64,000 nucleotides of DNA, taken from a virus. Under the pieces are notes generated by a model, which worked only from the letters and a program-made list of their open reading frames with translations, ran no database searches and was not told the DNA's origin. Of the stretch, positions 28,743 to 39,949 are shown piece after piece (position 1 is the first letter of the stretch; each line of letters opens with the position of its first letter). The stretch spans positions 1-64,000 of the IMG/VR virus record IMGVR_UViG_3300046744_000223; one strand, written 5' to 3'. The position numbers and the translations under genes are program-made.

Positions 28743-31031
28743 TTAAAAATACATTAAACCAAGGATTTGGTTGAGTGATGCAAATGTACCTGTAAGTTTC
28801 ATGGTGTATCCTTTATATGCGAATACCAATCCCTCATTTGGAACAATCTTATCTCTACCACCTACGGCTTTTAGTCTTTCTAATTCTAATTTTAATTTTT
28901 CAATCTTTTTTGGGTCGCCTGATTTCCTAACGTCTTTGATGGTTTGGTCGAGTCGTTTTTGCATTGCACGAAGAGCTTTGTCTGGATTTACAGTTAAAGC
29001 TGATGACATAAAGGATAATACCTCGGCACCTACACCTAAGAATATATCTTCAAACTTACGTATGTTTTGTTTGGATATTTTAATTTGGTCTATTTTATCA
29101 GTCTTCTTTGCCCAATCTAATGTTTTAGAATCAGAAATGTTTTTCTTATCCAAACGGAATCCCTTATCATAAAATGCCCAACGTTTAACAAGACCCATTT
29201 TGGTTTTGTTGTCTAATGAAGATGGTGAGTTTTTATCAACATACTGTTCCCACCAACGTTGATGGTATTCAGCTACACCATCACTATCTTTAAGTTTAAA
29301 TTCTTTTTGAACTTTAGATAATTGACTAAAGAACTTTGATTTCATTTTTGATAGTTCTTGATTCTTTGGGAGAGTTACAACCGGAGGGCCTTGTATTGTA
29401 TATGCATCTTGTACATCCGCATTTACTTGTTTAATCATACCGGCTAAGATTCTTGCATCAGAGGTGTCTGCTCCAATAGCTTCACCTTTTTCGTTGTATT
29501 CCATAGTTCCATGAAATACTAATAGGGGTTGACCATATGGTACTACGTTTACTGACTCCGGCCAGATGACTTCGATGTTCATAAACTTTGAACCATTCTT
29601 GAAGACTTTTTCTTTTTGTGCTTTTGATAGTTTTGAAATCGCAGATTCCAAATCTCTCATAGCGAAATTATACGCATCGGTCAAACCACCTCTATTAGCA
29701 AATTTATCTGAAACACCCTTAATGTCTAATGCATTAAGTCCTTTATCTTTTAGATGTGATTTATTTCTTGCAGCGATGATACCTTTGTCACTTCTATATG
29801 ATATAGCAAGTGCTTGTCCATCGGTTTTTTCTCGTGTAAATTCTAACTTACCATTTAGAGCGTTATCTATTATTATTTTTAAATCACCAAATGTAAGGCC
29901 TAACTCAATATCAAATGGGTGATTCATATGACCATATGCACCACCTTCATTAAGAATACCTTCTTTTAGATTATTTTTTTTATCTTTAGTTTTTTCATTA
30001 TCAATTTTAGAAGTAAGATTTTCAATATCCTTTGGTTCAGCAAACTTAACGAATTCCATACCCAAACGAAGGGCAACTTTCTTAATATGTTTAGCCCACT
30101 TTTTATATCCTGGTCTGCCGGTTACATCCGTTCCATATCTCGCTTTCTGACCATCCATGGTATCACCACTTGGAAAAAATGATACCGGATATCTACCAGA
30201 CCCATTAGGGTATGATGTATCAAATGACTCCATGGAATCATCATCCATTAGGTATGATATAATTTGCCAACCTAATGTAGAAGTTACATCATTCATCTCT
30301 TTCTTAAAAGTTTTCATATTACCATAGAAAGCGCCAGGACCATCATCTACTATACCCTTACCACTTGGTGGTAATGATGAAGCTTCGGATAACATTTCAT
30401 TAATATCAAATGTTTGTAAGAACGATTCCATTACGGATTCTACTTTTATTAAACGACCTGAAACTAAATCATAAATCTTTTGGTTGAACTTTGGGTATAC
30501 TGACTTGAAAAACTTAATACGAGATTTCTCATCCGAATCAGACATACCTTTACGAACTTGAGTACCAGATATTCCGTTTCCTTGTGATGGGGATACATAA
30601 ACATAACCAGCATCAGCATAACCCTTTTCTACCTTACCCTTATATGGTTCAAAGTATTTACCACCCAATCTACTCTTGTCCTTCTCACCAACTACTGTGA
30701 TAAATGCAGTAGTCTCTTCTGAAAATGATTGTAGAATCTCTTTTGGTGAATATGGGTTTTTTACCTTTACTATTTTATTTTTGGGAATACCAAACATAGT
30801 AGTCATTATCTTAACTTTCTCTTTGAAAGTGAATGGTGACTTTGGTAATTGTACCTTATCAGACGTACCTATATACACATTATCTTTACCAAACTTTTTA
30901 ACTAAGTGTTGGTATGTTGCGTTATGGCCAGAATGGAATGGATGAAACCTACCTACGTAAGTTACCACTGTTTTTTTAATGTCTTCGGTAAGGATTGATT
31001 CCGTTACCCATTCGTTTATTAATTTTCCCAT
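28743..31031 (-). CDS. HxGH nucleotidyltransferase fused to ATP-dependent ligase-like (KxDG) domain
   Basis: N-terminal GRFHPFHSGH...ISGTQVR. C-terminal EKTDG, ARNK, NIEVI, VFHG, EGLVF, MKLT. Confidence 0.7.
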   Translation of the reverse strand: MGKLINEWVTESILTEDIKKTVVTYVGRFHPFHSGHNATYQHLVKKFGKDNVYIGTSDKVQLPKSPFTFKEKVKIMTTMFGIPKNKIVKVKNPYSPKEILQSFSEETTAFITVVGEKDKSRLGGKYFEPYKGKVEKGYADAGYVYVSPSQGNGISGTQVRKGMSDSDEKSRIKFFKSVYPKFNQKIYDLVSGRLIKVESVMESFLQTFDINEMLSEASSLPPSGKGIVDDGPGAFYGNMKTFKKEMNDVTSTLGWQIISYLMDDDSMESFDTSYPNGSGRYPVSFFPSGDTMDGQKARYGTDVTGRPGYKKWAKHIKKVALRLGMEFVKFAEPKDIENLTSKIDNEKTKDKKNNLKEGILNEGGAYGHMNHPFDIELGLTFGDLKIIIDNALNGKLEFTREKTDGQALAISYRSDKGIIAARNKSHLKDKGLNALDIKGVSDKFANRGGLTDAYNFAMRDLESAISKLSKAQKEKVFKNGSKFMNIEVIWPESVNVVPYGQPLLVFHGTMEYNEKGEAIGADTSDARILAGMIKQVNADVQDAYTIQGPPVVTLPKNQELSKMKSKFFSQLSKVQKEFKLKDSDGVAEYHQRWWEQYVDKNSPSSLDNKTKMGLVKRWAFYDKGFRLDKKNISDSKTLDWAKKTDKIDQIKISKQNIRKFEDIFLGVGAEVLSFMSSALTVNPDKALRAMQKRLDQTIKDVRKSGDPKKIEKLKLELERLKAVGGRDKIVPNEGLVFAYKGYTMKLTGTFASLNQILGLMYF

Positions 31032-31066
31032 ACTAATAAGTATCCTAAATTATTTTTAAATTCCAA

Positions 31067-34000
31067 TTATGGAAGACCAAACCCACCATTGTTCGGTTGA
31101 ACTGGAAGTGCCTCAAATGTACTAGCTAATCCACGTGATGTCCAAACTGATATATTTTTTATTTTAACTCTTGAAGTTCCTGTTGTTGTTATGAGGTTCT
31201 GAACATATGGTTCGAGTTCAAGTTTAAATAATTGTGTTTGATATTTTTCGTGATTATATGTACTTAACCCATCGGTGTAATTATCAATTTCAAACGTAAA
31301 AGCGTCAGGACCAATATTCGATTCCGATGCAGAATAGGGTGTATTTGTGCCAGTAGTTCCAAATACAGCCATACCTTGATTAGTACGTAACGATTGCCAA
31401 TTATCATAATAAGTGTCAGCAGAATTATCAGAGCCTGATATTGCAGTGTATAACGAACCTTGAAATCCACCTATCGCTTTTCCACTGCCATGTTTTTCGA
31501 ATAACCCCTGAAATGAAATATTAACACGCGTTTCGTGTCTAAACCCCTGCCATATAATTGTAATTTTATCAGATGATACTGTTTTTCCTGAAGTACTATT
31601 TGAGTTTTGGAGTATATGCTCATCGGAACTCATGTATAGTTGTCTACCAACATTCTTAGCATCAATTATACCCTTAGTGGTGTCAAGGACTTCGTACAGC
31701 TGAGTACCAACTGTTGTGGTTAAACGTACTGCTGATCCTGTAATATGCCCATTATTCTTTAGAATTAATGCTGAATTAGATGATGATATCTGATTACTTC
31801 CTATTTCAAAACCACCGACTATTCCGTTGTTAAATAATACATTAGAGCCGGTAATTTCACCATTCGATTTTAAAACTAAATCGCCATTTGATGATGATAT
31901 AATATTAGACCCCAATTCAAACCCACCAATAGTACCACCATTGAATAACACATTAGAACCAGTAATATCACCAGCAGAATTTACTTTGAAGTTTGTTGAG
32001 TTTAAAGTAAAGTCTTCTACGTCAATCACAACATCACTACCACTTAATAATGCAGCTGAACCGGTTATCTGACCATTACTTCTTAAAATAAGATTATTGT
32101 TTGATGATGATATTGTAGTGGCGTTTATACCAAACCCACCGATTTCACCAAAGGTTGCAATGATACCACCTTGAAGGAATACATTATCAGTAGCTAAACC
32201 AAAACCAGGAGTATTATTACCCAATACCATATTACTACCGGCTAACCCACTAAGGTCACCCAAACGTGCTTTAAGGTCTACATCATATAAACCACTACCC
32301 GTTCTTTCTACAATATCAATATATGGTGTAGATGGGTCATTTGGATTTGCGTTAATTCTAATGTAACCACTTCCAATTTTACCAGTAGATACCAAAACCT
32401 GACCAGTATCGTATTCTTGTGCTACCGATGCAATATCCCCAAGTGAGGCAGTATCTCCGGTCGTACCACTACCATATGAACGTGTAACGTCTAATATACC
32501 TGTTAGGTCGGTATCACTACCACCATCCAATCGTGATGAACTATGTACTCTAACGTACTCAGTTGTAAATCCAGTATTATTTACTTTTTTTAAAGTTAGT
32601 ATTTCACCTTCTGCAAAGCCTGTTACATTTTCTACTATAAATCTACTTGCAGATGGTGATATGTTATCATAAATAAATTGTGTTGTTGTGGATGTACCAG
32701 CGTTTATAGTTCGTGTGTCGGATAACGATTGTGAATATTTACCAGATGCGGCTACAAACGACGCGCTGGTATTTGGTTTATGTGATGATGTGTCTATTCT
32801 TAGTTGTGTATTACTAACACGCTCGAGGATATCGAATGTATGACTACCACCACCATCGTCAAATGTAATCTCCCCATCATCTACAATTGAAGTTGGCCAG
32901 GTTCCAACTTGCTTATGAACAATATTAGTTGCTTGGGCTTCAGTTACACTCGTAGAGTTTGTAAATGATAATGCGAATTCTAAAGTTTGACCACCATAAG
33001 CTCCATTAAATGAAACCCCACTTAAAAGTGTCATCTCAGTTGGAGGGCCTAACGAGGTCAACATAGCGGTGGCTGTATCACTACTATTACTAAATACGAT
33101 TGCCCCATTCACTTCCGTAATGGTACATATTATATTTTGGAAATGGGCTTCTTCACCCGCTGGTGGTGTCGGCGTTTGTACAACAAAGCTAGTGTATTCA
33201 AAGCTACTCTGACCATTACTAACAGGAGTCCGATTTTGGAACGATGCTGAATATGGTATTGTTGTACTTACTGTAACTTCTTCACTTGCCGAGACTTGTG
33301 AACCAAATGCGTTACTTGAACTATAATACAAATATGCAGTACCACCATCTGCGAAGATTGGTGTATCAATAGTAAACTTTGTGGAATCTTCAACAGATAC
33401 TAATTGATATGGAGTAAATTGTGGAAATTCAATCTTATCCGTACTATTATCACCAAACTCAGTTGGTAGTGATGTAGACGATGTTACCCCACTCGAAGGT
33501 ACTGGCGTTATACTTGAACTATATGACCCACTCAAAGTAGTAGAATTAGCAACATATAGCTGACCACCTACTGCGTTTACACTTTCCTTCTCAAAAGTTG
33601 TAGTTGCAAGAGTACCACGAATCTTAACATTAGCGAATTCAGCTATACCAGTCTCGTCAATCAACCACCCCTTAGTGTCTGATATGTAATCTCTCGTTTT
33701 TATCTTACCTGTTGAATTTATCTCTAAATTATCACTAAAGATTGAACCAGTGTCTACATTCCAACCACCAATACTTGCGGATACAAATCGAGCGAATCCA
33801 TCTTGTGTTATAGATGAACTTGCATTTAGGTCGGTGGATTGGTTACCACCAATTGTTGCAGGAGTACGAATATTGTTTGCCGATAAGTCTGCTTCTATAA
33901 TAGCGTCAGCGCCAATTACTAATCGGTCATTCTTGGGGTCTAAGTGAAATAGTGACGAACTGATTTCTATATTAGAATCAGACCCACTTATAAATTGAGT

Positions 34001-35824
34001 GTTGGTTGTACCAATAAAAAACTTATCAGTTTTGACATCCAACAACCCACCATCGGCTGTTGTAAATATTAAGTGTCTATCGTCATTGTCACCAACAAAC
34101 TGCATACCAACACCACGTAGTACATCACTACCCATTTGTAATGCGTTACTACCACTATATAGTATGAACCCACCAGGTCCTTTACCTTCCGATGCCGAAA
34201 TTTGACCATCGTACCCTACTGATTTTAGAAAACCACTGGAATGACCACCTATTTCTAAACCACTACCAATAGCGTTGGATACGAATATAGAACCAGTAAT
34301 TATGGATTCGGACCCACCTATATAAACGTTACCACCCTCAAATATAACACCTTCAATTAGTATTTCAGTATTAGATACATTACCATTCTTATTTAAGAAT
34401 TGAATCTTTAAAGTTTTAGGGTCGTTTAATTGTTCTGTTGGTATTACAACTTTATATGAAATATCAGGTTCGTTTGGAACGTCAGTATTTGATATTATCT
34501 CAAAATCAGAGTTTGGTAACCCTTGTGATTTAATCAAGGTATTTACAGAGCTAATTCTACCCGATACCGGATTTACATTTGATAATGTAATATTTGCAAC
34601 TGCTACTTGATTTTGAGTTGTATTTAACGAACCAGTTGACTGATATCGTATTGTGCCGGTTATGGTGTCGTTGGAATATTCATATGTATGAATTGAACCA
34701 TCACTACGATTATCACTTGATGTTATTGGTAATTTTACTCTAAATATACTATCACTTATAATTTCAGTAATACTTGAAGTAACTTTAGTTGGTTGTAGTT
34801 GACCACCAGTCAGTCGTGGGAATAGAGTGGTAGATGATAAATCTAATTCAAGAGTACCATCCAACATTTCACCATTTATAGTTGTAGATGGTATAAGCGT
34901 AGAGGACGCACTTACAAATTCAAAACTTTGTGGAGATAGTTGTGATACTAATTGGTAACTAATAGTAGAACCATCCACAGATGAGTCTATTGTATACCCA
35001 CTAGCTAATGTAAGTAGGTTAGTATCAAACGTATCTATTAAAGCGGTTCTTAGTAATACACCACCTTGTCTAAATGTCTGAGTGTTTGAATAAATGTAAA
35101 CTGACCCAGTGTTTTCGTAAAAGTTAGGCCATGGTGACGAGTTGTCAATAAGATTTGATGGTGTGAGTGGTATCGTAGTACTACCACCAGTCAATGCATT
35201 CGATGTAAAAGACGCACTAACAGTTGTATTACTTATAGATTCACTCAACCCTACCTCAAACGAAACATCGTCACCATATATAGACTTTTTATATGTAAAC
35301 TCACCATTTACTGAAACCTTTGATAGTACACCATTTGTTTGGGGTAGTTCTGTAAATGAATCAACTGAGGCTGATACATCTCCATTCGGAGTATCTACGA
35401 AAACAATATCAGATATTGATTTTTGATTTTTTACAACATTTACTTCACGAGTGTATCTGATAGGACCTTCCGTGGTATTTGCTACGATTGTTACCGTACA
35501 TATTCCATCAGGAGTATGATACCTATCGTTATCGTCAGAGTAAACCCAAACAGTAATCAGTTGAGATTTATCGTCATCCTTATACTTGGGAGCTTCCCAA
35601 TATATCGTATTACCATTACTATCCAATACCTCAACGTCAATTTGAGTATTAGTAACAATCGAACGTGGTTGTGGTTTTATTCTAAACGAGTTCTTACCCT
35701 CTCCAAAAAATTCTGGAAAGTTTCTGATACCAAATACCCTAACTGCTTCTTTATCATCTAAATCAAGAGCGTTTGATATTTTACTTAAAAATTGCTTAGA
35801 CCTTCGTTTTAGTTCTAATCCCAT
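31067..35824 (-). CDS. Large tail/baseplate-associated fibre protein
   Basis: 1585 aa, AEFANVKIRGTL, three IGGFxIxxxxISSSNxxLxLxSNGxITGS repeats. Confidence 0.6.
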   Translation of the reverse strand: MGLELKRRSKQFLSKISNALDLDDKEAVRVFGIRNFPEFFGEGKNSFRIKPQPRSIVTNTQIDVEVLDSNGNTIYWEAPKYKDDDKSQLITVWVYSDDNDRYHTPDGICTVTIVANTTEGPIRYTREVNVVKNQKSISDIVFVDTPNGDVSASVDSFTELPQTNGVLSKVSVNGEFTYKKSIYGDDVSFEVGLSESISNTTVSASFTSNALTGGSTTIPLTPSNLIDNSSPWPNFYENTGSVYIYSNTQTFRQGGVLLRTALIDTFDTNLLTLASGYTIDSSVDGSTISYQLVSQLSPQSFEFVSASSTLIPSTTINGEMLDGTLELDLSSTTLFPRLTGGQLQPTKVTSSITEIISDSIFRVKLPITSSDNRSDGSIHTYEYSNDTITGTIRYQSTGSLNTTQNQVAVANITLSNVNPVSGRISSVNTLIKSQGLPNSDFEIISNTDVPNEPDISYKVVIPTEQLNDPKTLKIQFLNKNGNVSNTEILIEGVIFEGGNVYIGGSESIITGSIFVSNAIGSGLEIGGHSSGFLKSVGYDGQISASEGKGPGGFILYSGSNALQMGSDVLRGVGMQFVGDNDDRHLIFTTADGGLLDVKTDKFFIGTTNTQFISGSDSNIEISSSLFHLDPKNDRLVIGADAIIEADLSANNIRTPATIGGNQSTDLNASSSITQDGFARFVSASIGGWNVDTGSIFSDNLEINSTGKIKTRDYISDTKGWLIDETGIAEFANVKIRGTLATTTFEKESVNAVGGQLYVANSTTLSGSYSSSITPVPSSGVTSSTSLPTEFGDNSTDKIEFPQFTPYQLVSVEDSTKFTIDTPIFADGGTAYLYYSSSNAFGSQVSASEEVTVSTTIPYSASFQNRTPVSNGQSSFEYTSFVVQTPTPPAGEEAHFQNIICTITEVNGAIVFSNSSDTATAMLTSLGPPTEMTLLSGVSFNGAYGGQTLEFALSFTNSTSVTEAQATNIVHKQVGTWPTSIVDDGEITFDDGGGSHTFDILERVSNTQLRIDTSSHKPNTSASFVAASGKYSQSLSDTRTINAGTSTTTQFIYDNISPSASRFIVENVTGFAEGEILTLKKVNNTGFTTEYVRVHSSSRLDGGSDTDLTGILDVTRSYGSGTTGDTASLGDIASVAQEYDTGQVLVSTGKIGSGYIRINANPNDPSTPYIDIVERTGSGLYDVDLKARLGDLSGLAGSNMVLGNNTPGFGLATDNVFLQGGIIATFGEIGGFGINATTISSSNNNLILRSNGQITGSAALLSGSDVVIDVEDFTLNSTNFKVNSAGDITGSNVLFNGGTIGGFELGSNIISSSNGDLVLKSNGEITGSNVLFNNGIVGGFEIGSNQISSSNSALILKNNGHITGSAVRLTTTVGTQLYEVLDTTKGIIDAKNVGRQLYMSSDEHILQNSNSTSGKTVSSDKITIIWQGFRHETRVNISFQGLFEKHGSGKAIGGFQGSLYTAISGSDNSADTYYDNWQSLRTNQGMAVFGTTGTNTPYSASESNIGPDAFTFEIDNYTDGLSTYNHEKYQTQLFKLELEPYVQNLITTTGTSRVKIKNISVWTSRGLASTFEALPVQPNNGGFGLP

Positions 35825-35844
35825 TAACGGACTCCATTACTTTC

Positions 35845-38800
35845 TTATAAATATGACACCTTAGAGAATCCCCTAACTTTATTGATATCAATTATCTGGT
35901 CAACCATATCTCTGGTCTTATCAATGTGTGATATTGTTATGATAAAATCAAATTGTGTCTTTAGGTAGTCAAATAATAAATATAAAGAATTAAAGTTATC
36001 CGTGTCTAATGAACCAAATCCCTCATCAATAGCGATGAAGTTTGGTCTTGGTAGATTCGATACATTAATCAATGCGGTTCTAATTGCAATTGACGATATG
36101 AACTTTTCCATACCACTTGTAAGTTCTAATGGCCAGTATTCCTCAGTACCATATGCAATGTATGAGTTGATATTCTTACCATCAGTATTTAGTAGTACTT
36201 GAAAGTCTACTATTGGTTGTAGTATGTTGTTAATCTCAACCTCTAACTTAGGTAAGACATCTGAAATAAGATTATATGGTATACCATCTCTCTTTACACA
36301 TTTAAGATAATATTCATAACCATCAAAACGAACTTCCATATCACGAAGTTTATCGATTGACGTATTTACCATATCTATTGTTTTTTCGGCTAACTTAATA
36401 TCCGAATTAACATCCATAATCTCGGTGGTAATATCACGAATCTCATCTTTAAGTTTATCTCGTGTGATTTTAAAAGATTTTACCTTTTCTTGTATTTGAG
36501 CATTATGGGTTACAGCTTCTTGTTGATTTTTAGCACGAGTTACCTTTTCTTTTAAAGATTCCATCTCTAAGGTCATATTATCAACACGAAGAATACACCC
36601 ATCATACTCAGATTCATACTTACTTAACTTACTATGTAACTCTTTAGAATCTAATACTAACTCATTATATACTTTTAATTTGTCCGATACATTGTGGGTA
36701 TCTCGTTCAGTCATTACATCTAACCTACTTGAAACTAACGTTGAGTATTCTTTACCTAATCGTTCTAACCCAACCTCAAGTGTTTGTGCTTGTTTAGCAA
36801 ACGGAGTGTTTTGATTTTTTACACAATGTTCACAAGTTTCATCAAAGGTCAATGACCCAATACCATCTAAGTGTTTTTTTGAATGAACCATTTCTGATTC
36901 TAATTTGGTTAACTCAACACCCATCTGATTAAATTTATTATCGAGTATCTTGTATTGTTTATCTGACTCAATTAATTCACTCTCGTTAAACTTAGATAGT
37001 TTAGACTGAATATTCTTTATATCAGTATTTGTTTTTTTAATAGATACCGATACCCCATCACATGACATTTGTTGTTTGTTAATGTACTCTTGTTGTAGTT
37101 CGAGCTTATCTTCTAAATCAGAAACATCACCTAAATCTTCAACAGGCTTGAGTGCGCCCATTTCAAATTCTATTTTAATGTTTGTGTTATCACATTTTGT
37201 CTCCAACTCCGAACGTCTATCTTGTAAGTCGGTCAATGAGCCAGTAATTGATGTCAGTGTATCTTCTGCCTCTGCAAGTTGTGTTGGTAGGTCTTGGTTT
37301 TTGTAATCTTTTAAAAGAGCTGATAATTCTTTAATCTCCTCACTTGCGATTTGGTATAACCCTTCAAAGACATCCATGTCCAAGAATTGGGCGAGGAGTT
37401 CTTTTCGTTCCTTCTGAGACTTTTCGATGAACCCACTATTGTTCGATTGGGTTGACATGGCTGTAAGGATGAAATCCTCGTATGTTCCAACATATTCTCT
37501 TATATTTACATTTGTATCTCTACGTTGTTCACCATTTAAAGATTCTTTCTGACCATCTATAATTCTATAAAAGTCAGTATTAACCTTCACAGTACCACGC
37601 TTTGGTGATTTTTTTGCGGTACGTTCAATTGTGTAATCAACACCATTTAATTCAAAAGTAAATGAACAATTAAATGACATCTTAGAATAGTTCATAACGT
37701 CTTCTGCTTTAGAAGTACGAGAACATTTATCGAATATACAAAATGAAAGAGCATCCCATAAGGTTGATTTACCACTTGCGTTTGGGGCAAAGATACCATA
37801 TGCTCCTTTCATTTGACTAAAGTCTACAACATTGTTAGGGCCATACGAGAACATATTCGAGAATTCAAACTTCTTTGGTATCCAAGTGGTGTTGGTAATT
37901 GCTCGGTGGATTCCCAACTTTGAGTTGATGTCGTTATTAATACCTTTAACGACTTCAAGTTGTTGTTCGGTGAGGTGTTCGTTTTCATTTAAGAAATCTT
38001 CAATCAATTTATTTTGGAAAGCAGTATCACGTACATTCTGAAGAACAATCTTTTCACTATCACTACCACTTTTACGAGTAATTACTTTTTGTATCGTTAA
38101 TTCTTGAACCTGCCTACCCTTCTTTAACTCTGCTATAATCTTGTTTAGTTCAGATGCCTTAGTATCTTTTACACGAACTCTCATTCGTGGTTTTTGAGGA
38201 ATTGGCATACTTGATACAATCTTACCCTCTTCAATATCAACGGTTACATAACCATAGTCATTTGGAATTCTTACAAACTCACTTGTACGAGTTAGAACAT
38301 CCCAAACTAAAATACCATGGTCTGGATATTTTGCCTCACCATGATTCTGAACTATAAGTGAACCCGCGTACTTTATTGTATCAACACCTTGAACTGCATT
38401 ATTTGGTTTATGGATATCACCCAACATCACCATATCATACCCATCAAAGTTTCCTACGTTGATATTCTTATTCTCTATTGCAAACCCATGTTCAGTCTCA
38501 ATCTTATCAACAGGTCCGTGAAATACACCAATCTTAGTATCACCTTTGTAATCAGCCGATGGTGGAAATCCTGGAGACTTATCCCAAACTGATTGGTGTA
38601 CTATTGTGAGGTCACCCAATGACCAAGCACCTGTATCTTTTAGGTAGAATAGGTTTGGGTGTTTCAATGCGTTAATAATTGGTGACAATGCATCTAACCT
38701 TGACGTGTTGTTTAGATTAGCATCGTGATTACCAGGAATGACAATTGTTGGTAGTAAGTCTGCTAATCGAGTAAAGAACTCTTGAGTCAAGTCTACCACT

Positions 38801-39012
38801 TCGGGTGACATATCAGTCTTAGCATGAACGATATCACCTGCAATGTATATGATGTCATTTTCATCCATTGTGGATAGAATATACCCATAAAGTTGGGAAA
38901 ATACATCACGATACTCTTTGTGTCGCTTGAGGTTTCTTATATGTACATCTGCGATATGATAAACTTTGTTTACCTTTTCTATACCGACTTTAATTTTTTT
39001 GAGTCGTTTCAT
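35845..39012 (-). CDS. Fused SbcD/Mre11 nuclease-SbcC/Rad50 ATPase (gp47-gp46 equivalent)
   Basis: ADVH, AGD, GNHD and GDIH phosphoesterase motifs; PNASGKS Walker A; CEHC zinc hook; SGME signature; IDEGFGSLD; ISH. Confidence 0.93.
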   Translation of the reverse strand: MKRLKKIKVGIEKVNKVYHIADVHIRNLKRHKEYRDVFSQLYGYILSTMDENDIIYIAGDIVHAKTDMSPEVVDLTQEFFTRLADLLPTIVIPGNHDANLNNTSRLDALSPIINALKHPNLFYLKDTGAWSLGDLTIVHQSVWDKSPGFPPSADYKGDTKIGVFHGPVDKIETEHGFAIENKNINVGNFDGYDMVMLGDIHKPNNAVQGVDTIKYAGSLIVQNHGEAKYPDHGILVWDVLTRTSEFVRIPNDYGYVTVDIEEGKIVSSMPIPQKPRMRVRVKDTKASELNKIIAELKKGRQVQELTIQKVITRKSGSDSEKIVLQNVRDTAFQNKLIEDFLNENEHLTEQQLEVVKGINNDINSKLGIHRAITNTTWIPKKFEFSNMFSYGPNNVVDFSQMKGAYGIFAPNASGKSTLWDALSFCIFDKCSRTSKAEDVMNYSKMSFNCSFTFELNGVDYTIERTAKKSPKRGTVKVNTDFYRIIDGQKESLNGEQRRDTNVNIREYVGTYEDFILTAMSTQSNNSGFIEKSQKERKELLAQFLDMDVFEGLYQIASEEIKELSALLKDYKNQDLPTQLAEAEDTLTSITGSLTDLQDRRSELETKCDNTNIKIEFEMGALKPVEDLGDVSDLEDKLELQQEYINKQQMSCDGVSVSIKKTNTDIKNIQSKLSKFNESELIESDKQYKILDNKFNQMGVELTKLESEMVHSKKHLDGIGSLTFDETCEHCVKNQNTPFAKQAQTLEVGLERLGKEYSTLVSSRLDVMTERDTHNVSDKLKVYNELVLDSKELHSKLSKYESEYDGCILRVDNMTLEMESLKEKVTRAKNQQEAVTHNAQIQEKVKSFKITRDKLKDEIRDITTEIMDVNSDIKLAEKTIDMVNTSIDKLRDMEVRFDGYEYYLKCVKRDGIPYNLISDVLPKLEVEINNILQPIVDFQVLLNTDGKNINSYIAYGTEEYWPLELTSGMEKFISSIAIRTALINVSNLPRPNFIAIDEGFGSLDTDNFNSLYLLFDYLKTQFDFIITISHIDKTRDMVDQIIDINKVRGFSKVSYL

Positions 39013-39944
39013 ACTCTATACAATTCATACTCAACCAACTTTCTAAGGTCCATTGGTGGAGTATTATAAATTAATTCATTAACATTTTCATAGCCCATAT
39101 CTGATGGGTCTTGGTCACCTAAGTCTACAAGGTGAGTCTCAATTCCATACGACATAAACTTCTTTGTAAGACGCAGAGCATTCTTTATAGCATCTGAATC
39201 TAATACAATATACAACTTTTTTACGGAATTTCCAATTATTTTCTTCTCTAATTCAGATTGTATAGCTTTACCAAATAATGGTATTGCGTTTCTTCGTATT
39301 GATAATGCATCAAATGCACCTTCACATAACACCAGTGGTGTATCCCAATTGATAAGTAATTCAAAACCCACAATGTCCTTAGATACCTTTGGGTTTTTAT
39401 GTTTGTATTGAGTCTGATAGAATGACCTACCAACAAAGAAGTTTAATTTACCACGTTCATCATACGATGGAATTATAATCTTATCTCTATATTCACCCTC
39501 ATCACAAAACCCAATATTATACTTTACAATGTCTTCAGGCCTAACACCACGACCTAACAAATAGTTTAGTGCGTGTTTCCTTTTGTAAGAGTTTGATGGG
39601 TTATAAAGTGGTTGGAATTCTTTGGGAAGCTCTACTTGCTCTACAACGTCTATATTATCGTATTCACTTCTATAACGATTTACCTTACTGAATATCGAGT
39701 TGTACTCATCCCAAGTTGACTTGGATACGCGAAGTTTCTTGAAGAGTGTCTTGATACTTCTACCCTTCTCATCAGAAATCCAACAATGCCACGGGTTGTT
39801 TCCTTTAGAATTAATCCGTATATTAATCTCTAACTTTGGTTTGTAATGGTCAACAAATGGTGAATAGAATGCATAATTATCCCCACTCGTTTTCTTGGAT
39901 GACCCAAGTACGGACTCTAATAATTCAAGTAGTCTTTCTTCCAT
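39009..39944 (-). CDS. DNA primase (DnaG/gp61-like, TOPRIM)
   Basis: WHCW, IIIP...FFVGR, CEGAFDA, LDSDA, DPSD. Confidence 0.88.
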   Translation of the reverse strand: MEERLLELLESVLGSSKKTSGDNYAFYSPFVDHYKPKLEINIRINSKGNNPWHCWISDEKGRSIKTLFKKLRVSKSTWDEYNSIFSKVNRYRSEYDNIDVVEQVELPKEFQPLYNPSNSYKRKHALNYLLGRGVRPEDIVKYNIGFCDEGEYRDKIIIPSYDERGKLNFFVGRSFYQTQYKHKNPKVSKDIVGFELLINWDTPLVLCEGAFDALSIRRNAIPLFGKAIQSELEKKIIGNSVKKLYIVLDSDAIKNALRLTKKFMSYGIETHLVDLGDQDPSDMGYENVNELIYNTPPMDLRKLVEYELYRV

Positions 39945-39949
39945 AACTA

